IMG/VR virus record: IMGVR_UViG_3300011113_000202 | Span: 6,057 to 70,056 of that record | Reading direction: 5' to 3' (one strand) | DNA: 64,000 nucleotides | Origin: a virus | In this document: in pieces, positions 11,701 through 21,949 of the stretch | Position numbering within the stretch: position 1 is the first letter of the stretch | How the letters are laid out: each line of letters begins with the position of its first letter | Notes under the pieces: model-generated | Told to the model about the DNA's origin: nothing | The model's input: only the letters and a program-made list of their open reading frames with translations | Databases searched by the model: none | Made by a program: the position numbers and the translations under genes

Positions 11701-13806
11701 CAAGGCGGAATTGTAGATCCAGAAATTCTTGAATTTATATCAAAAAATATAAATATGGTTAATAAGATTTTAGATAAGGGAATCAATGATCAAGTAATTG
11801 CAGATATTGTTAAGGCTAAAAATGCATTAAAGGGTCTTGGTGATGAAACAGAGGCCTTGATAAATCCAGCAGAAAAAGCAATGCAAACATTCTTAAAAAT
11901 GAAAGATGCTGCATTTAAACTTTATGATATACAACAGCGTCAAGCACAACTCAAGTTTAATAAAGGAATGAACCAAACTGTAGGAACAATGACAAAGTTG
12001 GGCAAAATTCCACAAAGGTTCCAGGGCTTATCGCTTAAGAGCGCAATCGCAGCAGCAGAAAAAGAAGTGCAAGGGCTAAATGATCAAATTAGAACAATAC
12101 AAGATCGTGAAATTAGACCAATTGATATTGAAATTGAGGCTAAAGAGTCTGCAATAAATGACATAATGAAAGCACTTGAGTCTCAAGCAGCGGGTATGCA
12201 AAGAGGGTTCAATCTTCCTGCAGAGGCATATAAAGATGTTGCAGAGGGATTGAGAGATAAAATTAATGAAATGGAACTTGATCTTGAGTTCAATCCTCAA
12301 TATGGTGCAAGACTTATTGAGCAGTTGCAGGATCAGATTTCAGATATAGAACTAGAAATAGAATTAAACTTTAGCAGACCAATTGCTGACTTGCAGGAAG
12401 AATCTTCCGATCTATCTAATGATTTGACATTAATGGATAGAATTGCTGATCAGATTAATTCTAAATATGATGCACAAGCAGAAGCACTACAAAAAATATC
12501 TGATATAAATGCAGAAATTTCACAAGAACAAAAGGGACAACTAAATCTTGCCGATGCTTTAAGTCGTGGAGATGTTGCAGCAGCAGCAAGGGCTGCACAA
12601 GAAATGAGAGCGCAGGCAGCAGCAAATGCAAAAACAAGATCTGCTGGCGTAATAGAAGCAGCAAGACAAGCAGAGATTTCAGGAATTCGTTCCCCAGGTG
12701 GATTAACAAGAACACAAATTGAAGAGCGTCAATTCCAAATTGGTCAACAAATTTATCAACTAGAAGAGCAGTCTGAAATCAAGCAACGTTCTATTCTTGC
12801 AATACAAGATCAAATTCGTGGAATTGAAGAAATTCGTACACAAAAACAAAGAGAGATTCGTGATATTCAAGATTTAATTGCTGCTGGAGAAAGAGCAAGA
12901 GAGGCATTTTTAAGAGAAAATGTTGTACCAATTGAAAATGCTATTGCAGTGCTACAAGAATCAAAGAGGGCAAAGGTAGAACTTATAGCGGGTCTTGAAC
13001 AAAGAATACTTGATATACAGTATGAGATCTTAGATCCTTTGCAAGCAGAAGCAGATATTCTTCAACAAGAATATGATAATGCTATTGATTTAATAGATAA
13101 AGAAAAATTACATTGGGAAGAAAGAGAACTTGCCCTTATTGAAGCAACAAATCAAACTAAAGAACTTGCAAAAGAGGCTGGAAATGTTGAGGCTGCATTT
13201 AATAGAGCAAAAAGTATCTATGATCAAATAGATAGCAAAACAATTACAATAACAATAAAATATGTTTATGAAGGATCGCCAGATCCAAGCGGTTCTAAAA
13301 AAGACGATCCTAAAAAATCTACTGGTGGATTAATGTATGGTGGAAAGGTTAAAGGATACATGGGTGGTGGAAAAGTAAAGACAATGTATCTTGCTAGTGG
13401 CGGTGCTATTGGATCTGATACCGTGCCAGCAATGCTAACTCCTGGTGAGTTTGTTGTTAATAAAGCATCTTCACAGGCATTTGCTCCTTTCTTGACAGCA
13501 ATTAATGAAAGTAAATATCCTTCGATCTTGGCTAAAAATGTATCTAATGCTAGACCAATATATCAGATTCCTATTCAAACATCTTTATCTCAGCCATCAT
13601 ATGATATATCGTCTCCAGTATTTAGTGCATCTCCAACAAATATTGCAAATGCTGCCTATAACGATAACTCCAGTTCAGTGTATAATTATAGTGTTGGAAT
13701 TAGTGTAGGTGGAACAAATGCTTCTCCAGATACAATAGCAAAGGCAGTAATGAACGAAATTAAATACCTTGACTCTCAGCGAGTTAGAAATCAGAAGGTA
13801 TCATAA
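5770..13806 (+). CDS. Tape measure protein (2678 aa)
   Basis: Very long helical ORF; TP901-type core (AMREGGINASEGANALKSGL); hydrophobic segments and coiled coil; two G(T/S)DxVPAMLTPGE motifs. Confidence 0.93.
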   Translation: MADVNANIGIHIDTSQSLAEIKNLQRQLAQLYTSINKGSAAAAAAQKGLATNLMNTINAGGKFYAQMGTIRTSTESFTHALEKNKLTMREYFRFAGGSTRTFGRLFKSEFDTIGKVAEERVKRMQTQYIKLGRDASGAMRAISVTPTSLNMKEYGNQVAVAAQKQAILNQLLKQGSTNLLNFGKNTQWAGRQLMVGFTIPLAYFGTAAAKTFMDLEAQALKFRRVYGDMFTTTAETNKALADIEALAAQFTKYGVAVSKTMEMAASAAAMGRTGAELTAQVAQATRLAVLGNVEQEQALTTTISLTDAFGLAAEDLSGKINFLNAVENQTITAIEDLTVAIPKAGPVVKQLGGSVEDLAFFLTAMREGGINASEGANALKSGLASLINPTEKAAAMLADMGINIKAIVEGNVGNLRQTVIDFSRALDTLAPLERSRAIEQLFGKFQFARLSTLFENVTKDGGQAARVLDLAGKSVEELAILSERELGAIEDAIGTNFRESVEQLKLAIAPIGKEFLKAITPVVKFLGDLFEKFNNLSDGSKKFIVILTTLVGLVGPTLLMTFGLVANGAANIIKLFLLMRQGFLKLTGNSTNLAQQTQYLNSEQMEAAVVAASLNQAHTKLTQQFTLEAGAVNQLRNAYVQATAAAARFAAANPGMMIPGAGKIPKKFNSGTMKVPGYSKGTDSVPAMLTPGEAVIPEPIAQDDRFKPLIAALVSGEIRRYQDGTVFAHAVDKRVVRGLDVPENMRSIGFGSANAFTAIGFDLSPSTNSKLINNTVPVQNYISELSNPGSVKTMTARLIDLGVPPSEAAKVTSQIRTNLLRSLAEIPQGTLIGDKDIYSRMGNLKTGILGGLVRDSRGGLMGSAVRSLYSATAFSPLGSSSVKMNATAPIASVIDAVKKTKTSQSAIRALTNLQKVDPNIKLPVRLDASGNITAFERPEVSKKTGQITTTRNIGVLTGDRFKTARLGRGGGRKITPSKGATAQATQILMGRGEVLQTKDGRQTVVTGQTGTAKKPGTVMVGGGPSDKRAVPATKVRSVIPRGYRGVPMFGFGAQDGIGPQPTLAETGGKTAQQIAAQHRVSLSQAKRMIADNEKAMRAQQQNTAATTALTAQKATMGQRLATGAHVFSGLTIAGSFMGGKIGEVSQKLAPFAMILSTIAMMGPGLLKGFGKMKMFFAANPLALVATAAIALVATLKYQNSKAKKAGEAAAELATQQLATADRMKAISLITDKVGATELAARAAQSPASTRFTTGYERGKSQFGTTFLESDFGKQMYETFVKNLKDGGREAAQTIALELGTYISDGVLSAEQAFSIARSIGLNLKDMTVASQIKGELIALIGPDGTDVIENGITIRARIVEASEDNLQTAIENTQDNFKGLDLGGLTYDEEDIKAVGKLAAYQSQYLQNIKSAVAASRKNMNDRIKELEIEKAKAKSAAEVAKINDQINTLKKEQNLEEESLRLKYKDAVDLQVKAYQEATSGLRKYGAVGAAYFAGLDKTVKQKFKGTGNEPVAEEFLKTATGTTSQIFEVKLKALVAGGVFEPKTLTDLVNLFGPEKEDVAQKSLDLALTKKDPEKIAELVATLTGFENKKLATDILISATSEDGLKGKELENRLEVIGRLRDLNNREVNIEMFIQANGMDALDELYTSLDYIENIKGPITTKVISDLQSTSNDPNMPNMNALLAIWDKYEALPDEVKKTVIQEYISLFRTVTEGEAEASLRGKGVPDMAITPESIANERARITSNLVTQAAKYAEGAVPSGSKTGPDKGKGRDTTLDELLKRLKFIRKASIDAEGGVKELLKITGGKGLKNFGGVIQQLMAGPKGGFNREFISFLEGMDNKTRATYMTIKNGEVVLTKQGKALKEAFNEKVIGEYQVANRQALQDTKAQGAALLKLQASGVDSATALEMVADANLAVAINSKDITGKELRQMAADAKAAKDEVERLNLEVLGLAESLKKDIGEAQKTNQALLVARQGGIVDPEILEFISKNINMVNKILDKGINDQVIADIVKAKNALKGLGDETEALINPAEKAMQTFLKMKDAAFKLYDIQQRQAQLKFNKGMNQTVGTMTKLGKIPQRFQGLSLKSAIAAAEKEVQGLNDQIRTIQDREIRPIDIEIEAKESAINDIMKALESQAAGMQRGFNLPAEAYKDVAEGLRDKINEMELDLEFNPQYGARLIEQLQDQISDIELEIELNFSRPIADLQEESSDLSNDLTLMDRIADQINSKYDAQAEALQKISDINAEISQEQKGQLNLADALSRGDVAAAARAAQEMRAQAAANAKTRSAGVIEAARQAEISGIRSPGGLTRTQIEERQFQIGQQIYQLEEQSEIKQRSILAIQDQIRGIEEIRTQKQREIRDIQDLIAAGERAREAFLRENVVPIENAIAVLQESKRAKVELIAGLEQRILDIQYEILDPLQAEADILQQEYDNAIDLIDKEKLHWEERELALIEATNQTKELAKEAGNVEAAFNRAKSIYDQIDSKTITITIKYVYEGSPDPSGSKKDDPKKSTGGLMYGGKVKGYMGGGKVKTMYLASGGAIGSDTVPAMLTPGEFVVNKASSQAFAPFLTAINESKYPSILAKNVSNARPIYQIPIQTSLSQPSYDISSPVFSASPTNIANAAYNDNSSSVYNYSVGISVGGTNASPDTIAKAVMNEIKYLDSQRVRNQKVS

Positions 13807-14453
13807 TGACTACCTCGGCATATTTAAGTGGTAGAAAAAGGTATCAGCGCCCACAAGCAGTTTTGTGGTCTAATAATTCTGGCACATTAACTGGTGGCTT
13901 ATACGTACCAAATGGCTATGAGGTAGGAGCAGATACTGCGGAAACAGATCCAGATTTATTAAATCAGTTTATTATTTTGTCTGATCACAATAGAAGCGAA
14001 CTATCCTTTACCCCACAAAGAATTGAGCAGCGTCAAAGAACCATTAATGGTCGTATGCGTTCATATCACATTGCAGACAAATTACAGATTAGTTTCTCGT
14101 GGAGCATGTTGCCATCTAGATCTCATTATCAGGTAGCAGCATTTGATGATGCAACTGGTATATCTCCATATCAAAATAAAACTCAAGAATTTACTGCTGA
14201 TGGTGGTGCTGGCGGGGTATCAATATTAGACTGGTACAACAACCATACAGGACCATTCTGGATGTATCTTGCATACGATAACTATGCAAACTTTAAAGAA
14301 GACGGGGAAGTTGTAAATAACTCATTTGGTCACCTTGCACAATATAATGAAATTATTCAGGTATATTTTGCAGACTTTAATTATTCTGTAGTCAAGCGTG
14401 GTGGCAATAATTTTGACATGTGGAATATATCGGTAACTCTGGAAGAGGTCTAA
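13806..14453 (+). CDS. Distal tail (Dit-like) protein
   Basis: Follows tape measure; RTINGRMR..SWSMLP and C-terminal WNISVTLEEV. Confidence 0.65.
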   Translation: MTTSAYLSGRKRYQRPQAVLWSNNSGTLTGGLYVPNGYEVGADTAETDPDLLNQFIILSDHNRSELSFTPQRIEQRQRTINGRMRSYHIADKLQISFSWSMLPSRSHYQVAAFDDATGISPYQNKTQEFTADGGAGGVSILDWYNNHTGPFWMYLAYDNYANFKEDGEVVNNSFGHLAQYNEIIQVYFADFNYSVVKRGGNNFDMWNISVTLEEV

Positions 14454-14454
14454 A

Positions 14455-17400
14455 ATGTTTGTAAGCGAAGCATTAAAGACCCACCTTGAAACATCGGCAA
14501 CAATAAATATACAGTCTTTAGTTTTGGCTGAATTAAATATGAACATGCCAGATAATATTTTTAAAGTTGGCAACTATAGATATCGTCCAAGAACAGCAGA
14601 TTCAATTTATAATACGATATTATCTACATTTGATCAGTTAGATGATGGCAATTATTATACAGGTGCAACAGATGCTGATGTTGTTATTGATGGTGGTTTT
14701 CAAAATGACAACACTCCACAACAGTTTACATTAACTAAAGATAAGATGAAAATGATTTATTCTTTAGAAGATTGCTTAAAACCATTTAGACCAAGATCTG
14801 GAATTAATAAAGCCCTTTATATGTCTGGAAGGCACCTTGCAAATTCTGGAGCAAGACTTGCAGAACGTCCAAGGTATTATATGCCATCAAGATATGATCA
14901 GTTTAGATACTGGACTTCATACAGAACAGAAGATGGTTCTGAGTACGGAGTGGCTAAAAACATTTCTAATGGTTTATATTTTATTGATGATGCTGCCCCA
15001 TTTGTAGTTTATAAAGAGCCAGTTCCAGCAAACAGAGTTGTATTAAAAATGCAAACAAATGTTGGATCTGTAGACCTTGGACCATTCGCTACTAGCACAG
15101 GCAATATTTCAGATCCACTTTATGGAGATGCAAATAAAACAACTCCATCAAGATGGAAAATACAATATTTAGACGGTAACAATTGGACTGATTTATATGT
15201 CATCAGAGAGTTTGACACAAGAGATGACGATGCAAATTCTCCAATTATAGGATCAGATGGATATCTTGAATTAGAGTATGGATTAATCATTCCAGATGCA
15301 TACAAAGATATATTTATTTTTGCAGAACAACTTTCATCGGATACAATGCTTCCAGAGTCAAATGTAACTGGATATGCTTATTTAGTTGTAGAAAATGAAG
15401 GCGAAGTCGGAACATTTCATATTTGGACTGGAACGGAATATGAAACATTTGCACCAACATACGGCTGGTCTTTAGGATCAGAAACAATAACAAATCAAAC
15501 CAACTTTGTCAATGATTTAACATCTCCAGATACATTTTCTGACGATATTGACGGCGGTACAAAGTATAGACAATTTCAATATATAAGAGGTTTACGAATA
15601 GTAGTAGACACCATGAACAAACTAGATTCTACCTTTGATCTTATTGAAATGTCTCCACGTTTGGTAGTTGACCTATCAGATAAAGTCATAGACTATAGAG
15701 TAACAAAGATGCTATCAGACCTTGGAAATAGTTCTATTCCAGTGGGTCAACTTTTAGCATCTACTGGAGAGATGACTATATTTGATGACGATCAAGCCTT
15801 TAATGATAATAATACTAATAGCATTATTTCAGACTACCTCCGTAAAAATATAAAATTTAATTTTTATGAAAAAATTATAAATGTTGATGGCTTTGATTAT
15901 TTTATACCAATCAAAACTTTATACTCAGACGGTTTTCCACAGGCAGACGTTACAGGAGCAACAGTATCACTAAGCCTTAGAGACTTTTACTTTTTCTTAG
16001 AATCAATGCCAGCCCCAAGACTTTTAATGACAGAAACTTCTTTAAGTATGGCTGTATCCACACTACTAGATTATATTGGATTTTCTAATTATACCTTTAG
16101 AAGAATTGATGGTGAATCGGATCCAGTAATACCTTTCTTTTTTGTAGCACCAGATCAAAGCGTTGCAGAGGTTTTAAGTCAACTTGCTACTGCAACACAA
16201 ACCGCAATGTTTTTTGATGAATACAACAACTTTATTGTAATGACCAAAGACTATTTGCTTCCAGATGCAGATAGTAGAAGTACTGATTTTGTTTTATCTG
16301 GGTCAAACAATCAAACAGATAATGGAATTATTAAAAATTCAACGTCTGGAAATCTACCAAATATAATTTCAATATCTTCACAAGATAAAAAAATATATAA
16401 TGATGGTAAAATTACATACACCACAAAATATATACAGCGTACATTTGGAGTAAAAAAGCAGGCAGATAAATTAGAGTCTGAAAAAACTTGGATTTATTTA
16501 CCATCGCTGTTGTGGGAAGTTGCTGGAACAGAAGAAACAAAGACAATTAATGCAGCATCTCAACAGGCTAGTGCATATGCTTTAGCAGCAATGCCAATTA
16601 ATTCAACTCTAACTTCTTCAGTGCCAACCGTATCTAATGGTGGCGTAATCAACAACATTATTGATATTGGCGAAAGTGCTTATTGGTTAGCAAGATATCA
16701 GGGATATTTTTATTCTAACGGAGAAATTATAAGATATGATGCTGTTCAGTTTAACATAACTGGAACTGGCAATGTTTATATAAGTAGTAATCAAGAATAT
16801 CAAAGATATTTTGCTTCACTTCCTTTTAACGGAAAGATCTATCCAACTGGTTTAGTAAGAATATATTCTTTACCATATTATGAAACAATAGATGGAAATA
16901 CTAGAATGAAATCTGGTGCCGTTTATCAGCATGGTCGTGGACAATTTGGAACGCCAGTTGTTGAGCACACCGCTGGAATTAGTGACTACTGGACCAATAA
17001 TGATTATGTTCGTGGTTGCGATATGCAGACACAATATTTATTCACAACTGCATTAGATGAAGATGTATCATTACCATCAACAACAGTGGCTGCTGCTGGA
17101 CAAAATAATACTTTGGCTCGTCAAACTACAAGAAATGGTATTATTAAAAATTTTATGGCAACAAATTATTTAACAGAAACCCAGGTTAATAATTTAAAAA
17201 GCACTCAGTCTGGAACAATACAGTCTTCAGCACTTGTAATGAATGGACCATCATTTAGAACAACAGAAACCCCATTAAACTTTGTCTCCTATGTTTATAA
17301 AGATTTAGACAATGCCTATAGGCACTTTGGAACAAGAATGAGAATAATTGGAAAGATTGAAAATAATGAGATTCGTGGACAAACTCCAATTGGTAGCACA

Positions 17401-18774
17401 CCATATTTTCAAATTACTGGATCTGGAACAAATCAAAACATCAGCATAGGTGGTGGATCTGGAGGATTAGCAGTACTTCTTAATCCAGAAACTAATAATG
17501 GATATTATTTTGAAATAGTTGCTTTAACTGAAAACAATATTGAGCAGTATTTAAAACGTGATAGCAGAACTGGTCAGGCTCAAATTTCTGTAAACAATGT
17601 TGTGTTTTATAAAGTAAAAAAAGATTCATCTAATAATAATGCAATTCCAATTAAACTTTGGGGTGGTTTAACAAACATTTTGGTGGATGACGGTAGATTT
17701 ACAGGGCAGTATAGAAGAACTGCCGAAGAAAATCCAACAGTATATGATTTATCTGTTGAGTATCAAGACATAGGAAATATTAGAAGGTTTTATCTTTATA
17801 TAAATAATAAGTTAATAAAGATTGTAGACGATAAAGATCCTTTACCAATTTATAATAATATGGCTTTATTTGTTCGTGGATCTTCTCGCTGTATGTTTGA
17901 AAATATATATGCACTAACAAATAACTATGCACAGAATACTGTGTTTACTGTGGGAGAAACACTATCTAGTGCTTTTGGTGATAAAGAAATTGATGCTAAT
18001 GAATCGTTAAAAAAATATGCCATGAGTGGAATTGTTCAGTCTACGTATTTATCTGGAATAAGCACTCAGCAGCCACCTAAATATAATATGTACTTCGAAG
18101 AATTTGGAACAATTATGCGTGAGTGTGCATATTTTGATATTAGATATGATCGTGCATACCCCGCTCTCTATGCAAAAATTGCTCCTACTTTTAATAGAAT
18201 GAAGGGTTATAGCATATCTGGTTTTCAGGCAGACTCTTATGGTGCTGAGTTTTTAATTTTTAATACCACGGATACAATTCTTAATCTTGACGATACAAGC
18301 GGAAACTATTTAAGAATTTTAGGTATAACATTTACACAGGACACAACACACGAGTTAACGGTTGATGAATACTTTAAAAAGAAAAGCAATCTGTCTGACC
18401 CAGAATTCCAAGGAGATTCGATAACAACATCTGCATTAGTAGAAAAATCTAAATATGATGAAATTAAACTTAGTAGGCTTATCTATGGTAAAAGTGAGTT
18501 TGCTTTAGAAAGTCAGTATATACAGTCTCAAGATGATGCAGAAAATATTTTAGGATGGATTATTAACAAGACAAAAGATCCTAAAAAGGCTGTTGGACTA
18601 GAAATGTTTTCAATACCAACCCTACAACTTGGAGATATCGTTACGTTAACTTATCAAAATAATGATGGATTGGATTTAGTAACAGATTCTGAAACAAGAT
18701 TTGTAGTATATAATATTGATTACTCTAGGTCAAATGCTGGACCTGGAATGACCGTATATTTGAGCGAGGTGTAG
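14455..18774 (+). CDS. Large minor tail / baseplate hub-tip protein
   Basis: 1439 aa; C-terminal SQYIQSQDDA..IPTLQLGDIV hub-like motif. Confidence 0.7.
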   Translation: MFVSEALKTHLETSATINIQSLVLAELNMNMPDNIFKVGNYRYRPRTADSIYNTILSTFDQLDDGNYYTGATDADVVIDGGFQNDNTPQQFTLTKDKMKMIYSLEDCLKPFRPRSGINKALYMSGRHLANSGARLAERPRYYMPSRYDQFRYWTSYRTEDGSEYGVAKNISNGLYFIDDAAPFVVYKEPVPANRVVLKMQTNVGSVDLGPFATSTGNISDPLYGDANKTTPSRWKIQYLDGNNWTDLYVIREFDTRDDDANSPIIGSDGYLELEYGLIIPDAYKDIFIFAEQLSSDTMLPESNVTGYAYLVVENEGEVGTFHIWTGTEYETFAPTYGWSLGSETITNQTNFVNDLTSPDTFSDDIDGGTKYRQFQYIRGLRIVVDTMNKLDSTFDLIEMSPRLVVDLSDKVIDYRVTKMLSDLGNSSIPVGQLLASTGEMTIFDDDQAFNDNNTNSIISDYLRKNIKFNFYEKIINVDGFDYFIPIKTLYSDGFPQADVTGATVSLSLRDFYFFLESMPAPRLLMTETSLSMAVSTLLDYIGFSNYTFRRIDGESDPVIPFFFVAPDQSVAEVLSQLATATQTAMFFDEYNNFIVMTKDYLLPDADSRSTDFVLSGSNNQTDNGIIKNSTSGNLPNIISISSQDKKIYNDGKITYTTKYIQRTFGVKKQADKLESEKTWIYLPSLLWEVAGTEETKTINAASQQASAYALAAMPINSTLTSSVPTVSNGGVINNIIDIGESAYWLARYQGYFYSNGEIIRYDAVQFNITGTGNVYISSNQEYQRYFASLPFNGKIYPTGLVRIYSLPYYETIDGNTRMKSGAVYQHGRGQFGTPVVEHTAGISDYWTNNDYVRGCDMQTQYLFTTALDEDVSLPSTTVAAAGQNNTLARQTTRNGIIKNFMATNYLTETQVNNLKSTQSGTIQSSALVMNGPSFRTTETPLNFVSYVYKDLDNAYRHFGTRMRIIGKIENNEIRGQTPIGSTPYFQITGSGTNQNISIGGGSGGLAVLLNPETNNGYYFEIVALTENNIEQYLKRDSRTGQAQISVNNVVFYKVKKDSSNNNAIPIKLWGGLTNILVDDGRFTGQYRRTAEENPTVYDLSVEYQDIGNIRRFYLYINNKLIKIVDDKDPLPIYNNMALFVRGSSRCMFENIYALTNNYAQNTVFTVGETLSSAFGDKEIDANESLKKYAMSGIVQSTYLSGISTQQPPKYNMYFEEFGTIMRECAYFDIRYDRAYPALYAKIAPTFNRMKGYSISGFQADSYGAEFLIFNTTDTILNLDDTSGNYLRILGITFTQDTTHELTVDEYFKKKSNLSDPEFQGDSITTSALVEKSKYDEIKLSRLIYGKSEFALESQYIQSQDDAENILGWIINKTKDPKKAVGLEMFSIPTLQLGDIVTLTYQNNDGLDLVTDSETRFVVYNIDYSRSNAGPGMTVYLSEV

Positions 18775-18775
18775 T

Positions 18776-19738
18776 ATGGCACGTCTTGAAGATGATGCAA
18801 TGCCGCCACAGGTTAAAAAAACATCTGCTTCAGAATTTGATACTGCCCTTAGAAATATTCAACAAATAATTGCAGATTCAAAGGCAGCAAGAGAAGCAAG
18901 ACAAAAAGCCGCAGCCGAAAAAAAGGCACAACTTGATGCACAGCGTGAAGCAGCATTTGCTCCAATATATGAAAGAATAGAGACTGCAAGACAGAACGTA
19001 GCAGCAATTAAAGAAGATCTGGCTGATGGAGTTTATAAGGGCAAGCCAATAGTACCAATAACACCAGAGCCAAAACCAAAAACCATAACTGGTGTTACAT
19101 ATGTTGGAACATGCCTTAATAGAAAAAAAATAATATCGTATTCTGATGGCACAACTGTTTCTGAGGCTGCTCCAGAAAGTTGTGATGATAATACTGGAAT
19201 AGGACTTGGGACAAGTCTTTTAGATACTCCAGCAGCAACAGTTCCTGCTCCAACCCCAGTTCCACCTAAGCCTCCAGCCCCACTTCCACCTCCACCACCT
19301 CCACCAAAAACTGCACCAATAGATACAGTATTAATTGATCAAGACACAATTGATATTGATATAATGCAAGACCTTATCTGGGAAGACATTGGTGGGCAGG
19401 AACTTATAAATATTGCACGTAATGATACTGTCAATGGACAAAGTATTTCTTATCAGCCTATTAAAAATATTACAGCCATACAGCAGCAATATAATCCAAA
19501 TAATATAGTTGCTCTTCAAAATACATCAGATAAATATTTTGCAAATTTCTCTATTAAGTTAGAAACTAAACTACCAGGCGAAGGCGAAGGTGGTGGGCCA
19601 GACGGTGCCTATGTATACATAGAAGATACAACTGGCGACCTAATAGTAGAACTTATCAACATAGAGCCTGATGAACAAATAGAGGTTCAGATCAGTCTAA
19701 GTGGTACAATATATGAGGCGGAGTTTAATGAATCATGA
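18776..19738 (+). CDS. Minor tail-associated protein with Pro-rich linker
   Basis: Tail module; PAPTPVPPKPPAPLPPPPPPP. Confidence 0.5.
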   Translation: MARLEDDAMPPQVKKTSASEFDTALRNIQQIIADSKAAREARQKAAAEKKAQLDAQREAAFAPIYERIETARQNVAAIKEDLADGVYKGKPIVPITPEPKPKTITGVTYVGTCLNRKKIISYSDGTTVSEAAPESCDDNTGIGLGTSLLDTPAATVPAPTPVPPKPPAPLPPPPPPPKTAPIDTVLIDQDTIDIDIMQDLIWEDIGGQELINIARNDTVNGQSISYQPIKNITAIQQQYNPNNIVALQNTSDKYFANFSIKLETKLPGEGEGGGPDGAYVYIEDTTGDLIVELINIEPDEQIEVQISLSGTIYEAEFNES

Positions 19739-20859
19739 TAACTAATACTGGTAAGAATATTATTGGCAAGTACCTACTTGGTCAGGCACCTGCATATGCA
19801 TCCTATATAGCCGTTGGCTGCGGTCCACAGCCCCTAGGAACTGCTGACCCATATGCTGACTACTCAGCCAAACAAAACCTTGATTTTGAGATGTTTCGTG
19901 TTCCAATTTCTTCCAGGGGATTTGTAACAGAAAATAATATAACAAAACTAGTATTAACAGCAGAATTACCAACAGAAGAAAGATATGAAATATCAGAGGT
20001 TGGATTATATTCTGCTGGCACAAATCCAGCAAATGGTGCTTATGATAGCAAAACGATATTTGCATTTACCACTGGTGAAAATTGGCAGTATCACTCTGCT
20101 ACCTCGGCGGTAGCAATAGATTCATATCCAGATCCATTAGACGATCCAGCAGACGATAATATTATTTCAGTAGCAGATGTTGTATTTCAAACCAATGCTG
20201 ATAATGCTATTTTTTACAAACCAGGCAGAGCAGAAATCTATGAGCGTTGCAGATTCTTTAATAATATTATTATGATTCAGGGAGATACTTCTGATTTAAC
20301 CACATCTGCTACCTCTGGATTTTCAATTGCTGGTGGATCTGATCACATACACTTAACTGGAATAGATGTTGATCTTACAAGAAACTCTCCAACAGATGAA
20401 TTAAGACTTGCATTCTCTATTATAAATAAAGATGGAGATTCTGGTTCATCACCAGACGCTGTAAAAATATTAATTGAATTTGCATCAGCAGATGACGGAT
20501 CTGGAGAAAGTGCAAGATTTATTGTTAATATTGAAGATGGTGTTGGCGGGTATGATTTTGCAACCAATAGATATCATGTTGTATCAAAAGAACTACAACA
20601 GTTAATTACAACTAGTGGATTTACTTGGGATGCCGTGACCGTTGCTAAAATTTATGCTTCTGCAGAAATCGCAGGATCTCCTTCAGAAGATTATTATATT
20701 GCTCTTGATGCTATGCGACTAGAAAATGTTTCAACATCTAATCCACTTTATGGTATGACTGGATATACAGTTGTAAAAAATACAGATGCTGAAACTGTTA
20801 TTAAATCTCCAAATACTAGCAACTATATTGAATTTAGATTTACCGTTGGAGTTTCATAA
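19735..20859 (+). CDS. Minor tail/baseplate protein
   Basis: MITNTGKNII..YIAVGCG..ISEVGLYS resembles tail-collar/fibre N-termini. Confidence 0.55.
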   Translation: MITNTGKNIIGKYLLGQAPAYASYIAVGCGPQPLGTADPYADYSAKQNLDFEMFRVPISSRGFVTENNITKLVLTAELPTEERYEISEVGLYSAGTNPANGAYDSKTIFAFTTGENWQYHSATSAVAIDSYPDPLDDPADDNIISVADVVFQTNADNAIFYKPGRAEIYERCRFFNNIIMIQGDTSDLTTSATSGFSIAGGSDHIHLTGIDVDLTRNSPTDELRLAFSIINKDGDSGSSPDAVKILIEFASADDGSGESARFIVNIEDGVGGYDFATNRYHVVSKELQQLITTSGFTWDAVTVAKIYASAEIAGSPSEDYYIALDAMRLENVSTSNPLYGMTGYTVVKNTDAETVIKSPNTSNYIEFRFTVGVS

Positions 20860-21269
20860 TGACAAATAAAATACTTAGAATTCCTAGAAATCAACTTCCG
20901 CCAGTAGAATCAGACAATGTTTATTCTGTTAGGTTTAGAGTAATATCAGAAGATAAAAACAGAAATTCTCATTGGTCACCAATATTTATAGTAGACTCTG
21001 TAGCGCCAGTAGCGGTAAGTGGGGCATTGTCTGTTACAGCATCAATTATTACTGCTGTTTGGGGAGATGAAGAGGGTAGACCAGCATATGATGTATTTGT
21101 TAATTTTGATTCTGGTGGATACCAATATCATGGAACAACATTAACGCATTCTTATCCATTTTTAAATGAAGGGTCTTCTACGGTTCGTGTGGCTATACAG
21201 ATTTCTTCTGCCTCAAAAACAAGAAATGCTGGATTAACAATTTGGGAATCTTCAGTAACATCTCTATAG
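20859..21269 (+). CDS. Hypothetical structural protein (FN3/Ig-like)
   Basis: YSVRFRVIS..RNSHWSP beta pattern. Confidence 0.45.
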   Translation: MTNKILRIPRNQLPPVESDNVYSVRFRVISEDKNRNSHWSPIFIVDSVAPVAVSGALSVTASIITAVWGDEEGRPAYDVFVNFDSGGYQYHGTTLTHSYPFLNEGSSTVRVAIQISSASKTRNAGLTIWESSVTSL

Positions 21270-21301
21270 ATGCTGCTGGTATAATTAACTAAAGGAGAAA
21301 A

Positions 21302-21745
21302 ATGGCAAAAGTACCACTACCAGAACGAGGTCAGCCTCTTGATGTAACATATATATATCAGTTGGCAGAGACTATTAATGATCTTGCTACTCAGGTTTCA
21401 TCAGCAACATATAACTATACAACTATTGATACAGTTAGTGCTGGAAAGCAAAGCGTAAAAACATCAGAAGCAAGAGTAATCGGCGGGTATGTTGAAGTTG
21501 CTAATAACTCTACAGTTAGCGCTGGTAACGAAAAAACATTTACATATGATTTTCCATCAGATTTTAAATATGCACCTATTGCTACTGCCACGCCAATAAA
21601 TATTGGTAATACTCCTGCTGGACAAAATGTTACAGTAATTTTAAAGTCTGTAACTACCTCAAGAGTTGAGGGCGTTGTTCGCTTTGGTGCATCTGGTGAT
21701 CTTTCTCTTAATGTAAATATTATTGTTGTTGGTATTCCAAACTAA
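21302..21745 (+). CDS. Minor tail/fibre-associated protein
   Basis: Promoter TGGTATAAT 21277-21285 and AAAGGAG RBS; FPSDFKYAPIATAT beta domain. Confidence 0.5.
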   Translation: MAKVPLPERGQPLDVTYIYQLAETINDLATQVSSATYNYTTIDTVSAGKQSVKTSEARVIGGYVEVANNSTVSAGNEKTFTYDFPSDFKYAPIATATPINIGNTPAGQNVTVILKSVTTSRVEGVVRFGASGDLSLNVNIIVVGIPN

Positions 21746-21754
21746 GGGGTAATT

Positions 21755-21949
21755 TTGGTTCTTCGTTGCAGAAAGTGCAATGGCAGAATGTTTGTTGACA
21801 GACAATATTCTAGTCAGATACACTTAGAGATATATTGCTTGGCGTGTGGTAGCAGGAAATTTTTTCATCCACCGTCAGACAGTAAGGAGGGTTTATGGCT
21901 AATGGCCCAAGAACAGTTGAGAGCAAAGAGTATAATAACAAGCCTGTAA
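21755..21949 (+). CDS. Zinc-ribbon protein
   Basis: CRKC..CLAC. Confidence 0.6.
   Translation: MVLRCRKCNGRMFVDRQYSSQIHLEIYCLACGSRKFFHPPSDSKEGLWLMAQEQLRAKSIITSL

Noticed and set aside
6003-12715. Antisense ORFs within the tape measure gene (likewise 35438-36664)
   Set aside because: Shadow frames of Ala-rich sense genes, with no RBS or recognisable motifs
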